DNA of 63,881 nucleotides, the filler included, from Intoshia linei (Eukaryota > Animalia > Orthonectida), in NCBI GenBank assembly GCA_001642005.1. It is 5 parts of 5 records of this genome, joined end to end, with 100 filler letters (N's around TTAATTAATTAA, not from the genome) between each part and the next. Parts side by side here need not be neighbours in the genome. Positions count along the whole stretch, not along the records: positions 1 to 26,268 come from LWCA01000476.1; positions 26,369 to 50,043 come from LWCA01000553.1; 3 more parts are not named here. One strand, given 5' to 3'. Shown piece by piece: positions 24,020 to 36,900 of the stretch (positions within the stretch are counted from its first letter, which is position 1; each line of letters begins with the position of its first letter). Below the pieces are notes generated by a model. It ran no database searches. It was not told the DNA's origin and saw only the letters and a list, made by a program, of their open reading frames with translations. A program made the position numbers and the translations under genes.

Positions 24020-24680
24020 CATTAAAAAGTCAAAAAGCAAATTTCACTATAAAACCAAAAAAGTGTTTAATTGGTAGTTCTGAAATAATTATTTTGGGTC
24101 ACAAAGTTAATAAAAATGAAATTCATGTAGACCCAGATAAATCCAAAGCAATAAGAGCCTTGTCTGTTCCGAAAAATATCAAACAACTCAGGCGTATTTT
24201 GGGAATATGTAATTACCATCATAGATTCGTATCTAATTATGCACTAATGATCGAACCTATGAGCATAATCTTACGTAAAAATGTTAAATTCAAATGAAAC
24301 TATGACTGCGAAAAAGCGTTTACTCTATTAAAAAATGCATTAAGTTCGGTTTTATGATTTTACCTACAAAAGGATATCCATTTTCAATTGAATGTGACGC
24401 ATCGAATACAGGTGCAGGTGCAGTTCTTTTACAAAATGGACGCCCTGTTGAATTTTATAGCAAATCGTTTAACGATACCGAACAGCGTTACAGTACAACA
24501 AAGAAGGAGTTGTATGCACTTTGTTTATGTGTAAACAAATTTCGACAGTACTTAATTGGAAAACATTTCAAAATTTATACAGATCACAATCCGCTAATAT
24601 ATTTTCGTAAATCAAAATGTTTGACCAATGAATTGTTTCGCTGGATATAGGAATTAGAAGAATTCGACTACGAAATTTTG
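24020..24680 (+). pseudogene. Ty3/Gypsy pol remnant (RT thumb + RNase H)
   Basis: LGHKV...PKNIKQLRRILGICNYHHRFV; ECDASNTGAGAVLLQ...YSTTKKELYAL...YTDHNPL; stops and frameshift. Confidence 0.9.
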
Positions 24681-25169
24681 TTTTAATTTAATTAACATTA
24701 TTAACATAAATGTAAATAAAATTTAGCTATCCAGGAATTCTCACACAATTCGAGCTAAGATATTTTTATATCATCTTGAAAATGACTTGTTTGATTGTTC
24801 TAAACTTGATCTAAAAGCTTGAAGGAAGATATAGAATTCTTAGAAGATGAAAAAAAATTTTCTGTAGCATGGCAGGCCCTTCTACTATTTCACATCCATA
24901 TAACCTTCCCCCAAAAAAAATCAATATCGAAAAATAAAATAAAGAGAAATGATAAAAATGAAAAATATTCAAAAGATGATTACATCTATACATTTAGTGA
25001 TGAATCAATTAATTCAAATGATGAAAATATCAGTGTTGAAATGGATAAATTGAGAGAGTGCGACAGAAGAAACATATATTTACGTGGATCTTCTTCTTTA
25101 ATGCGAGTATCTCACGAAACTATGCGTAGAAAGTTAAGCCACCAAAGAAAATATAATAAAGAAGGTACA

Positions 25170-25520
25170 TGAAATGAACAACGTCGTTGTATATTTCGAT
25201 GAAAAGAAATTTGATGGTGGTGAACGCATGACTGTTGTAATTATTGATAGTTAATAAATTTGAGGCTATATTAGGAGTTTAACTGCAATCGGATGATAAA
25301 GGTATTACAACAAGTCAGACTGTGTTACAAATTTTAAAACATTGGAATATCGAAAGCAAAATTGTTGGTATTGGTTTTGATACAACGACTAGCAATACAG
25401 ACATCTATATTGGATCTGTACAATTTATTAAACGTCAGTTTGACCAAGAAATAACAGAACTACCTTGTAGACATTACATTATGGAATGTTTTCAAGAATA
25501 CATTTGGCACTTCTGATCAA
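25170..25520 (+). pseudogene. hAT-like transposase remnant
   Basis: LKHWNIESKIVGIGFDTTTSNT...LPCRHYIME matches the FDTTxSNTG...CRHH motif type; disrupted. Confidence 0.65.
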
Positions 25521-26268
25521 TCAAATATTATGGGACTTTATTTATTAAATTAAGATTTTATCAGAGATGTGACGAAAACATACAATAAAAACAATGCGTT
25601 TTATATTTCAGAACATTATCCACTTCAAATACTTTATAATGAATGTGACAATTACAGTAATGTGCAAAACATTCTATCAAATAAAATCCTCTTTGTCCGA
25701 AAAGATGGATTATCAGATTCCTTAGAAGAATACATAGGGAATTTAAAAATCAATGATATGATTATTGTGTATGGTATAATGGCAAACAATAACATGGAAA
25801 TAATTACCAATTTAGTCGACAAATTTTATTTAAAATTCATTGTTAAGTTAATTTTGTCAAGATTTTGGATTTTATGTCTGCTAATCAAAACAAAAACTTT
25901 TGGATCTTGTCCTATCAGAAATTCATAAATATTGAAATTATGTCCACCCTAATATATATATGCTTCTTTCAGTTCCTTCATTCGATTTAATTTGTATTCA
26001 ACATTTTGAGTTGATATTTCCGTTAAGTTAAATTTAATTTCCATTTATATTTAAATTCATTTTGGTTGTGTATGCCAAGAATATGATATTGTAACTGTGT
26101 TGATTGCCACATTATATACAATAATATCTAATAAAATTATCTTTAGTTTACAGACCCAGATTAAGATGAAACGTATTCAATTAAGTGGTGGGGAAAAGCG
26201 AAAACTATCAAAATAGAAACAAGAAAAGACTTTGGATTTAATGTCCAAGACTGTAAAGCTTACTGATT

Positions 26269-26368
26269 NNNNNNNNNNNNNNNNNNNNNNNNNNNNNNNN
26301 NNNNNNNNNNNNTTAATTAATTAANNNNNNNNNNNNNNNNNNNNNNNNNNNNNNNNNNNNNNNNNNNN
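26269..26368. other. Assembly spacer (N-TTAATTAATTAA-N, 100 nt)
   Basis: Identical 100-nt spacers at 50044-50143, 52919-53018 and 60906-61005; six-frame-stop linker. Confidence 0.95.
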
Positions 26369-26767
26369 GAAACTAAACAACGAAACTAAAACAACTTTGT
26401 TAATATCATTTTTATATTTATTGCAATGCTTAGCAATTTTGGAAAAATTCGACTAAAATATGTTTAATAAACATATTCGGTTAATTATTGATACATTATT
26501 GGTATTTTTAAATATTTATTAAATTGGTACTGAATATGTATCATCACATTGAAAATGACAAAATAGATTTTTATAATTTTATTTTTTCTGGAATTTATGC
26601 TATTTTGACAAAATTTTTAAAGACTGTTTTTACTTTATTTTAATATTATTGTATCAATAAGATATTGTATGAAGGAATCTGGAAGATTGTACAAGTTAAT
26701 CATTTCAAAAAATTTATTATTTAAATTATGATTTATATATAAAGTTCACTTCTCATAGTGATTTTAT

Positions 26768-27429
26768 CAGGGGTTCACGTGGGCCACAGAGAATTTTTGG
26801 TGGACCACAGAAAATTTTCAACATTAAAAAAAATTTGGTGTATTAAGCCATAAAATTGCTAATCAAAATCTATAAATGCATAATGAATTTGAAATATAAA
26901 TTTAGAATTATGGTTTACAGATCTTCAAAACTTTGAACCAGATGATGAAACCACTCCTGAACTAACTGAAAAATTCTTCCACTTAATTTTATTATTTTAA
27001 GTCTTAAAACTAGATTTGAAATTAGTAAGACGAATAGAAAAGAAAGGTGTATTTGGATTTATAGGAATTCAAGAATCAAATCCAATTGTGTTTAATAATG
27101 TTTAACCAAGCATTATTTCTTTACCTACAACATGGCTTGTAGAAGCTGAATTTTCACCAGTGGTCGATATTTTTAGTAAGAAGAGGTCAAAATTGGATGT
27201 GAACAACCGAGGAATAATGCGATTAAGATGAATAAACTAATAGAAATTGATTACGATTAATTGTGCAACAAACACCAATACCAAGGCAGTCACTAACTAG
27301 TATAAATTTAAATAAACAAAACATTTTACTGTAAATAAAAGTAGATATTTTAAGGTTTTTTAAGGTGGGCCATGAAATTTTAGGCAAAACTTTTTTGGGC
27401 CATTGCCTGAAAAAGGTTAAGAACCGCTG
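26768..27429 (+). mobile_element. Internally deleted hAT/Buster element with transposase C-terminal remnant
   Basis: CAGGGGTTC...GAACCGCTG ends; TSD GATTTTAT/GATATTAT; remnant SLPTTWLVEAEFSPVVDIFSKKRSKLDVNNRGIMRLR (hAT dimerisation region). Confidence 0.8.
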
Positions 27430-27608
27430 GATTATATTACATTCTGTATAATTAATTAAAAAAATGGGATAGCAATTGTTTTTAAAATTCTTTACGCAAA
27501 TGTTAACAAAAAAAATTAAGATGGAATAATTCACTTTAAAGTAAAAAGTAATATGATATGATGGTTCCACCTGACACAAATTTGGGAACCACTTATTTAA
27601 AGGATTGA

Positions 27609-27800
27609 TAATAGTGAATAGTAGATTTTTTAAGTTAGATTTTCAACGTGAATTTATTTTTTAAGTATAATAAAAATGTGCCTTCAGCAGAGCTAGGTCC
27701 TGTTTGTACGTAGTACATAACATTCAATCTAGTTATATTATTTAGTAGATTGGTATGTTGTTGGTAGGTTCTATGTACTACGTACAAACAGCACCTAGCT
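27609..27800. mobile_element. Helitron-like 3' end plus an inverted second copy
   Basis: TGTTTGTACGTAGTACATAAC hairpin then CTAG|T at 27729-27733; ~125 bp near-identical to 34997-35119; inverted copy at 27772-27800. Confidence 0.65.
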
Positions 27801-28335
27801 GGACAATTGAGGTTTTTGACCATGAAGGAGTAAATTTCTCAAAATGAAATTTGTGATAAAAAATAATCTCGAAAAAGTATAATAGAAATATGGCATTTTT
27901 AAAACTCTATTCCTTTTACTTTTTTAAATAAACTGGAACAATCAGACAAATACATTGAACAAATGACAAAATGATGCATAAATAATAAATCAAATAATAG
28001 TATCATAATAATAATACAATATATAATTAAATTATATACATGTATTAAATATTTATGAAATCAGTTATTTTTTGAAATATTTATATTACTGTTACCAGTC
28101 CCTGCAAATTTTTAGTAGTACCAACATTTCATTGTACATGTAGATCAAATACTTGACAATCAGACTAAAAAACTGTACCTCATACTGCAAATGATTTATA
28201 TTCGATTTATACGATTAAAAGATTAATTAAAATTTAATTAATCTTGAAATAAATAACTTAAAATGGCTCAAATAAATATTTAATAAAGATATTGTTTGTT
28301 TTAATAAATTTGATTACAATTAATAAATAATAAGA

Positions 28336-29990
28336 TTAACTATTAATTTCTATTGTTTCATTTATCCATTTTGTGTAATGTATTACTTTCGTGTATATAC
28401 CGGGGAAATTAGGTCTAGCACACCCCATTCCAGTAGAAATAATCCCAGTAAGTTCCCAATGATGTAAAAGATAATTATAACAGATAAAAGGTCCTCCAGA
28501 GTCAAACTAAAAATTTATTATTTTAAAAATGTTTACATCTACCCGTATTTTGAACATGTCATTAAAAAATACAATGTAGTTAAAGTGTATCAAGTAATTT
28601 TTAAACCTGACAGGCATCTTTATTTGTTGCCATTGCACACATCATATCATCATAGAATTTGAAAAATATAGAAATATTTTCGTACATTTTAGCACATGCA
28701 TTCGTATCAACGATTGGTATGTGTATATGTTTAACAGTAGCTGATAATTGACCACCTATAAGTTAATTTGTTTAATTCACGATTAATTTTTTAAATTAAC
28801 CTTCTGTTTGATATCCCCAACCAGCCGTAACACATTCTTTTTTCCGATTAATGATTTGCTCGTCATTTGGAAGACATACAATGTTAATATTTTCAGCATC
28901 GAAAGAAACAGGACGACTTAATTTAAGCAGGGCAATATCAACATTTAACCTATTTGGAACTTATTTGATAAATACTTTAGAAATATTATTAGGATATACC
29001 ATCTCTTCCATTAGGAATTATAATTTTTTCTAATTCAATATCTACATGATTTTCTTGTTCTTTGAATAAATTATGTTCTCCTAAACGTAATTAAATTTAA
29101 TAAAAAAACTAATTCTCCTCTTTCCCAATGTTAAATTATTGGATGAAATGAGGGATACAGAATACATTCAATTTTATTTAAGAAACTGTGTAATATAAAA
29201 TGTTACAATGTACCTATTCTAGCAGTCCAATTTTTAGCATTATCTGATAATAATTCACTCCAAATTGGTCTACATTTAATATAAATTGAGTATATGATAA
29301 TAGATATATCCATAATGTATATAATGTAAACTGTGTGTTTAGCCTGCGACCCTACGTAAAATACTAAGTAGATCAAAAGTATTTTAAAATATTTAAGTTA
29401 ACCCCTTAATAATTTTAGTATTATAATAATTTATAATAATAATAATATATGGTCTAAACAAAATTCTCTAAATAACCCATTATTACATTAATGTATAATT
29501 ATAAATTATGATTAATAGTTAAAATGCATGTAGGTTCTGAAATAACTTGGTTTTCACGCAAATTGTGCTTGTATCATCTGATTAAAATGGTAATTTAATA
29601 GATACATGTATTCAAATATAGAATAAAAAATTTACTCAAAACAATGTGCAGCAGATAGTACCCATTGTGGTTTAATAAGTGTACCACCACAAATGTGATT
29701 TTTTTTATTCATCATTAAACTAACCAACCATGGCCATTCGTGTTTCAAAGATGTCACACCTCCAACTATTCGTTTTTGGTGTCTGTCATATCTAACAAAA
29801 ATATTATTATATAGCATTTAAACGATAGCTTGTCCACTTTTGATATTTTCTAAAGTTATAAAGAGCCATTTTGTATTCACATTTGTATGTGGTATATCTT
29901 ATCCCTAAATGAAATTATTGCAATGAATACAATAATTTTAAGATATATATAGAACATGGGTCCTCATCTTCGTGCACGCTGGCACGATTA
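28336..29990 (-). CDS. Trypsin-like (S1A) serine protease; 5' exons uncertain
   Basis: KR|IVGG activation site, [22 protein letters not shown] (His57), NVDIALLKL (Asp102), DACQ|FDSGGP (Asp189, Ser195), [14 protein letters not shown]. Confidence 0.92.
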
Positions 29991-30241
29991 TATCCACGTG
30001 TTTGCAATAAAATTTTATTTTTTATGAAAAAAATGCAATTTTACTATAAAATGTAGTTTAATGTGAACTGTACACTGTACAGTCTACATTCTTGAAGATA
30101 AAAAATTTATTTGAATATAGTATAATAATTTAAGTAAATACAAACAGATTTAATTTTTTTGCTAGATTCAATAAAAAAATGTATTTACTTACAAGATCAG
30201 CAAAAAAGTGGACACTCTACAATATAATTAATACATTAAAG

Positions 30242-30745
30242 CAGTGTTTCTCAACCTTTTTTACTGCTCAGAACTTTTATGAAATTTCAAAAAATCGCGG
30301 TACTTAAAAGCATGATCAAAATTTTTTTTCGCATGTCGCATATATAAAACAATTTGATTTTTAATTAAAAAATTACGCTTCTAATATTGAAAACATAAAT
30401 TTTTTAATAAAGAAATTTATTTTTCCTTCTCAATGAGAAATTTGGGCCTGATATTTTTTACAGAGATTTTTAATTCTTGGACGTGTTTTTGAGAGACATA
30501 CATGAAATTTTTCTTCTACCGACAGCAGCTTTGCCCGTTTCTTATGCCTTATTGCTGTCAATACAGAAAATCCCAATTCACCAAAGTAGGATGTTGAAAA
30601 TTGCATTAAAATTTTTAAGGCTTTCTATGCAATTATGGGATATTCCTTTTCAACCAATAACCAAAATTTATCAAGATTTAAGTTATCATATTTTAATTTT
30701 AAAGTTCTGTCACTTGAAATACTAGAAAGTTCTCATTTAAATTTT
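30242..30745 (-). mobile_element. hAT/Buster (ZBED5/FAM200-like) transposase 3' remnant with TIR
   Basis: Minus strand LDKFWLLVEKEYPIIA*KALKILMQFSTSYFGELGFS...RPRIKNLCKKYQAQISH*; TIR CAGTGTTTCTCAACC at 30242. Confidence 0.85.
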
Positions 30746-33700
30746 CTTATAAGTTTCTAATTAAAAAAAATCTATTTTATTTATACTTGAAAAGCTTCTT
30801 CGCCACCAAAATTCACATACTCATAATTTCCCGGAAAACCTTTAATCATACCCTCCTCGAGGTTTGATTATCAGTGGTGGATGCTACTTTTATAAGTAAC
30901 ATTCTAAATTTTTTTAAGTCTTTTTTTTGAAGAGTTAATAATGCTTTTTGCTAAAATCCCCCATCTCCCCACAAGGAGTAAGGAACACACGGAATTTATC
31001 CGGTAAAACGAGTTGCCTCTCTCACACTATGAAGAAGCATCCAGGCCCGTGGAAAAGAACGTTTTAGTTAAATATCATTATAAAGAGGTAAGTAACTTAT
31101 TAAATTATTTCAAGAAAGTTGAGCCAGTCAAAACCCACCTTCTTTGTAATATTTCTCATAAAGATAATCTGAATTATTATTACTTTTTAACATCATTTTT
31201 CAGGTTCCCATACTCACAACGTATAATGCTTTTATTAAAATTTATTTGATTTTATTTTGATTTTAAGCATTTATCGAAAAAAATTAAATTGGTTAATATT
31301 TACCCCCACTCATGTAATTATTGACAGTCATACAAACATATAATGATAACTATAAAATATGTATTGTAAGTATAATCTGCTTTATTTATGATTCTATAAT
31401 TCCTTTTATGATTTTACCATATTTTATAGGCCCTTTTATTTTTTTAAATTCCGTTCTATAATAGGGTATACATTGTATACTACACAATTTATGTTCTACG
31501 TTTACGAGTTTGAGATTGTCAGATAGGAACAATGAATGTTAAATGAATAAGTAATATACATTGTTGTTTCTTGTATCCTATACATTATTATATTATGCTT
31601 ATTTCATATATTTATTCATTCATGAATAAAATAAATTACTGATTTTTATGTTCAACGTAATTTTTACTCACACCACATTGATTCATTTTGTCTAAATTTT
31701 TTATTAAATTAAGTCTTGATAAAAATTTAAATATACAATATACATATATATTATACGTGTATTATATCCTTGCTTCAGAATTTAATTTATTTAGATTTTG
31801 AGAACTACACATAGTGTGAAATATTTAATTTATTATCTTAATGTTTTTTCACAGCTATAACGGTTATTAAGGCCCACTAACTCTCCGTAATATTGAATAT
31901 ATAAAACATGTATAAACATTTGAATGCATCCTTTATTCTGTGAAATTTATTTTATCAATTTTTCACATTTTTATTATTTCATTTATTTATAAATTGTTAT
32001 TTAGTTATCAATTTGATTGTTAATACAATAACGTTAATGTAATAAAATAATATACCTGAACTTTGAATATCATCATATCTATTGAAACTCTTCTGATGCT
32101 ATAATTGCATATTTATTAGATTATAAGTCTGAATTGTTTAATTATACATTAGTAAAATAAAGATTTTTGAGAAAACTATACATAAATAAACCTGTAGATG
32201 GTTTCAGTTTTATGTCCAGTCAATGTATTCTGATTTTCATGAAAATTTTTTAAATACAGAATTATATATACGCAAATACATGTATTTTCGGAAATTATTT
32301 TTTTATATTAGCTATCTATTTCAATTAATTTACTGTTATTCGATATAATTATATATACATGCATAATTAATATTATAAGGGGAATTAATCCAGTTATCAT
32401 ACATAAGAGAATGTTCAAAAATATTAATTTAGTTAAATATTATAATTTATATAAATTTACAGTCAACGCTCTAAAAGTAACTGCTCTTCTAACAAAACTG
32501 TAATACTGACAGTATAATATATTGTATACATTACGAACATTGTAAATTCGATTTACTAAGTACATATTTATGTATTAATGTATGTATACATAATATTACT
32601 ATTATATTACATTTATTAATTTAATTGACTAAAAAGGTTAAAAAATATTGTGCGACCAATTTCAGCAAATATTTATTTTTCAGTTTAGATCGAAACAATA
32701 TTATGGTCAGAATGATATTTAATCTATATTTAAATCCATAAAAAATAAATCACACATTCTTATATATTAATTTATTATAGATTTTATTAGCAGGTATATA
32801 GATGTAGAAACCTTATATAATATATTTAATCATTAAATACAAAAATAATACCCAAAAATAATTTTTTTTTTCATTCACGTGAAAATTGGGAATTCTATCG
32901 TATTGGCTGTAGAGGTCAAAAATCATTGCCTGTATCGCATAATTCGATAGAAAAAAACAAATAGATAATTGCAGATATACCTGCATCATATTCAGTTTAA
33001 CTTATTTTCGATAATGAATTGTGTATCAACATGTAAAATAACAATGTACAAGTACAATGTAATCAATATTTTGAAAATAATAATATTGATTTAAAATATA
33101 CATAATTATCTCTGTGTGAATTTATATTTCATAATATCAAATATTTTGATTAAATATCAGAATTACATGTATTAAAAAATTACTTTTCAATAACTCAACT
33201 ATATTTTGTATATTTTAAAATGAGCTTATTAACATGAATGTAATGAATTATTAAATTCAAATAATTTTAACGTTTTTAGAAGTAATATACACATAAAGGT
33301 TAATTGTATTTATCAGACGTTTACTAAAATATTGTATATATTCACATGTATGTTTATTATGTTGCATATTATGTAATATATTCACAAGAAATTGTTAACA
33401 ATTATGTATATGACGGCAATCATTAAATAGTTCCAATAATGTATTTATTTTGGAACTGATATCTTTTTAATTTTTTTGAGAAATTGAACTGAAAGCTCAT
33501 ATGACGGATCTGCATAAATTTTTGAATGTTTATCACATCATTTGTTACGGTAAAGTAATAATGTTAATAAATATCTACAAAAGGTGTACTAAATTATTGT
33601 ATTTTAAATAATTAATACTACGTGTATTATAAATTATAATAGTAAATATATTAAGGTTAAGGGGTCTAGAAGCATTTTTACATGTGAAGCTGTCTTCATA

Positions 33701-33922
33701 ATAAATGTATTACGTTCCTAGATTTGATTAAATATTTTATAGAAATGTGTTTTCATTTTATTATTACCATTAAAAATTAATTAAATTAATTATTTTTAGA
33801 AATCGAATAAATGGCACTGGATTAAGATTCTTAAATGAATTTCTTAACTAAAGATGGTAAAAATGTATGTTGGAAAAAAAATATAACGAATAACCAAAAT
33901 AAATTTATTTTGACAAATTTAC

Positions 33923-36900
33923 TTAGTTTTTATCTGTTGATCGTAATTGTATTAATAAATCTCCAGATTCTACATTAGAATTTTTGACAATATTTATTTT
34001 TTCAACGATTGCTTCATCAACTGGGCAGGTGATAGAATTTTCCATTTTCATTGCGCTTATTGTTAGTAACTTTTTACCTTTACGAACCACGTCTCCTTCA
34101 CTAACATTTATAGACAGAATGTCTCCTGGCATTATAGCTCCAATAGAAAATGGATCTCCTTTTATAGCTTTAGCACGTTTTGTAGAAATCTAAAATTCAA
34201 TATATTATCAAGTTAATAATTGTATTATTATTAATTAGTTATTAATAATTATTAGTGTGAAATTGTTGAAGTTGATAATTATTTAAAAAATAAAGTAAAT
34301 CAAGGTACAAGGTAGGAAATAAATAATTATATAACATTACCTTTTTATCTTTCAAATTAGGAATCGTTATACATCTAGTTTCTCCATTTAATCTAACAAA
34401 ACATTCGATATTTCCTGTACTGTCTGTTATTCCTTTAGAAAGCATTTGAACTTGCAACATTTTTCCTTTTTCCAATTCAATTTCTATACTTTCACCTTCT
34501 TCCAACCCGAAAAAGAATGATCGTGTATCTAACAAACAAACTGGACCATATTTTTTATAATACTCAAGATATTCATTATAAACTGATGGATACAGTGCGC
34601 AACTAACCAGGTCTGATTTTTTAGCTGCAAATTCATGATCTATATAAATTTGTTCCTTTAATTTTTCAAAATCAAAAGGTGCCATGTTCACTCCAGGTCT
34701 GACACTATCATTAACAATAGTATCCTTTAATATCTAATATATTATAATTACATTAAAATGAATTAATAACTAAAATTTAAACTATATATACAGTGTCATG
34801 GATAACCAAATTTACTTTTTAGTGACCCATTTGAAAAATATAAACCAGTAATAAACAATCATTTATGACTATATTAAATTTTAAAATCAAAATTGTAATT
34901 TTATAAATATGATAAAAATTTAATTTTAATATATTTTTTTTATTATCAAATTTATCCTTAACTTTAACTAAATTGCCGGTTTGTGTTCCCGGTTTATAAT
35001 AGTGAATAGTAGGATTTTTAAGTTAGATTTTCAACGTGAATTTATTTTTTTGATATAATAAAAATTGCCTTCAGCAGAGCTAGGTCCTGTTTGTACGTAG
35101 TACATAACAGTCAACCTAGTTCACTATAATATATTTTGTTATTATTTATTCTAATAATATTTTTTTTAAATAATCCATATTTTAATAATTGGTTTTATTT
35201 TAAATAATTTTTATCAATTATTTAAATTTGTTATAATGAATTAATTCACATCACTAGTAAAGATTATAAATAATCTTTGTCTGGTTTTCTATGATCCGTC
35301 ACTGAAATCAGAATCTTTCATAGACTTTCACATACCCAAATTTATCTGTTATCGTTTATTTCAATAAAAAAGAGTACTAGTAATTTAAAAATTTTATATT
35401 TCTATTACAGTTTTTTCCAGGGGAAAAAGTAAGATTAGTTTCAATCTCAGAGACATACATCTTCAGTCAAAAACCCAAATTATATTTTTTTTACATCAAA
35501 CGAGTCTTAAAAATTATAAAAATATGTATTCGACACACATTACAAAATCATGAACATTATTATAAATTTCAATTTCTTAAAGGTAAATCTTCAAAATCAA
35601 AACCACAAATTACCCTTACCAAAATACAAATGAAAAAAATAATATAGTCCCAGATTTAAAAAAACCATATATATACAGATTTTTCGATTTAAAAAATATA
35701 TAAAACTGAAATATCACAAAGTTAAGCCACAAAGTTAATGGTCAAAAAAAAAATTTACAATTTAAACCATTTTTAGTGAAATTATTTCATTATCAAAAAA
35801 TTAGATATAAACATCAAAATATATTATGGGAAGTAATTAATTTGTCAGTATTTACTTTGAAATTTTTTAATAAAAAATTTTCTGTATTTTCAACATAAAA
35901 TTGTCAGTATACACATTAAAATATCAGTAATAAAAAGTATTTTGTCAGTATTCAATTACATATTTGCCAGTTTTTAATTACTTTCTTGTCAGTATATAAT
36001 TGCATTTTTGTCAGTAAATATATTAACTAGATCAGTATTTATCGAAAATTGTAAGTAACTCAACAAAAAAGTATATAGAAATAAACCAATTTTATAAAAT
36101 AATACTGTATTAGTAAAAAAATTGAATTGTAAGTTTGATGATTTTTTCGTGTCAGTATAAAAATTAAAAATCTAGTTTTTGAAATAATATATCATCATTA
36201 CAGACCCAAGTTAAAACTGAAATATTAACATACCATATTATACTTACAAACCATATTACAAAAAAATTAGAAATATTCTATGGTGTTATCACCAGAGAAT
36301 ATTTTTTTATGAAATAAATTTTTTGTCAGTTTCATTTTATACAAAACATTCAATTTAAATATTGTCAATATTTAAATTATTGACAAAATAATTTTTTTTT
36401 ACTGCCCTTCAAATTTAAATACTGACAATCAATAATTTATACTGGCACCTTGTCAATTGGCACCTAAAATACTGACGCAATAAATGCTGGATAAAATTAT
36501 ACTATTTACTATTACTAATCCTTTAAAGGAGTGATGTTTTACTTTTTTTGTGTAAAATTAAAAAACCCTACACTCGGCAAATATAGGTGCTGGTCTGTAC
36601 GAAATACAAACAGCAGAGCTAGTATTATATATTTATATTACATTTTTCCTGAAATCTTCATTAAAACCATTAGGTGGTATACCCATTTCACCTTTCATAA
36701 ATTGAAACAAGGAGTCTGGAAAAGACAGTGTATGCGCTTGTTTTAATACATCTTTTTCGGTCATTAAATTATTATTCACCATAAATTGAGCCAAATCGCC
36801 TACCACCTTGGAAATAGGAGTGACCTATCGTTATACTTAATTCATGTCAAAAATCTATCTTACTTTAGGTACATCCATTAACAATTTATTTGCAATCATA

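Noticed and set aside
25569-26130. 119-aa plus ORF and broken minus-strand frame
   Set aside because: No recognisable domain; several stops on the minus strand; sits among TE debris at a contig end
26269-26368. TTAATTAATTAA palindrome centred in N-runs (four times)
   Set aside because: Artificial 100-nt contig linker; adjacency across these gaps is not guaranteed
35842-36060. Repeat-spacer array as CRISPR
   Set aside because: Core only 9 bp, spacers ~13 bp, eukaryotic intron, no cas genes
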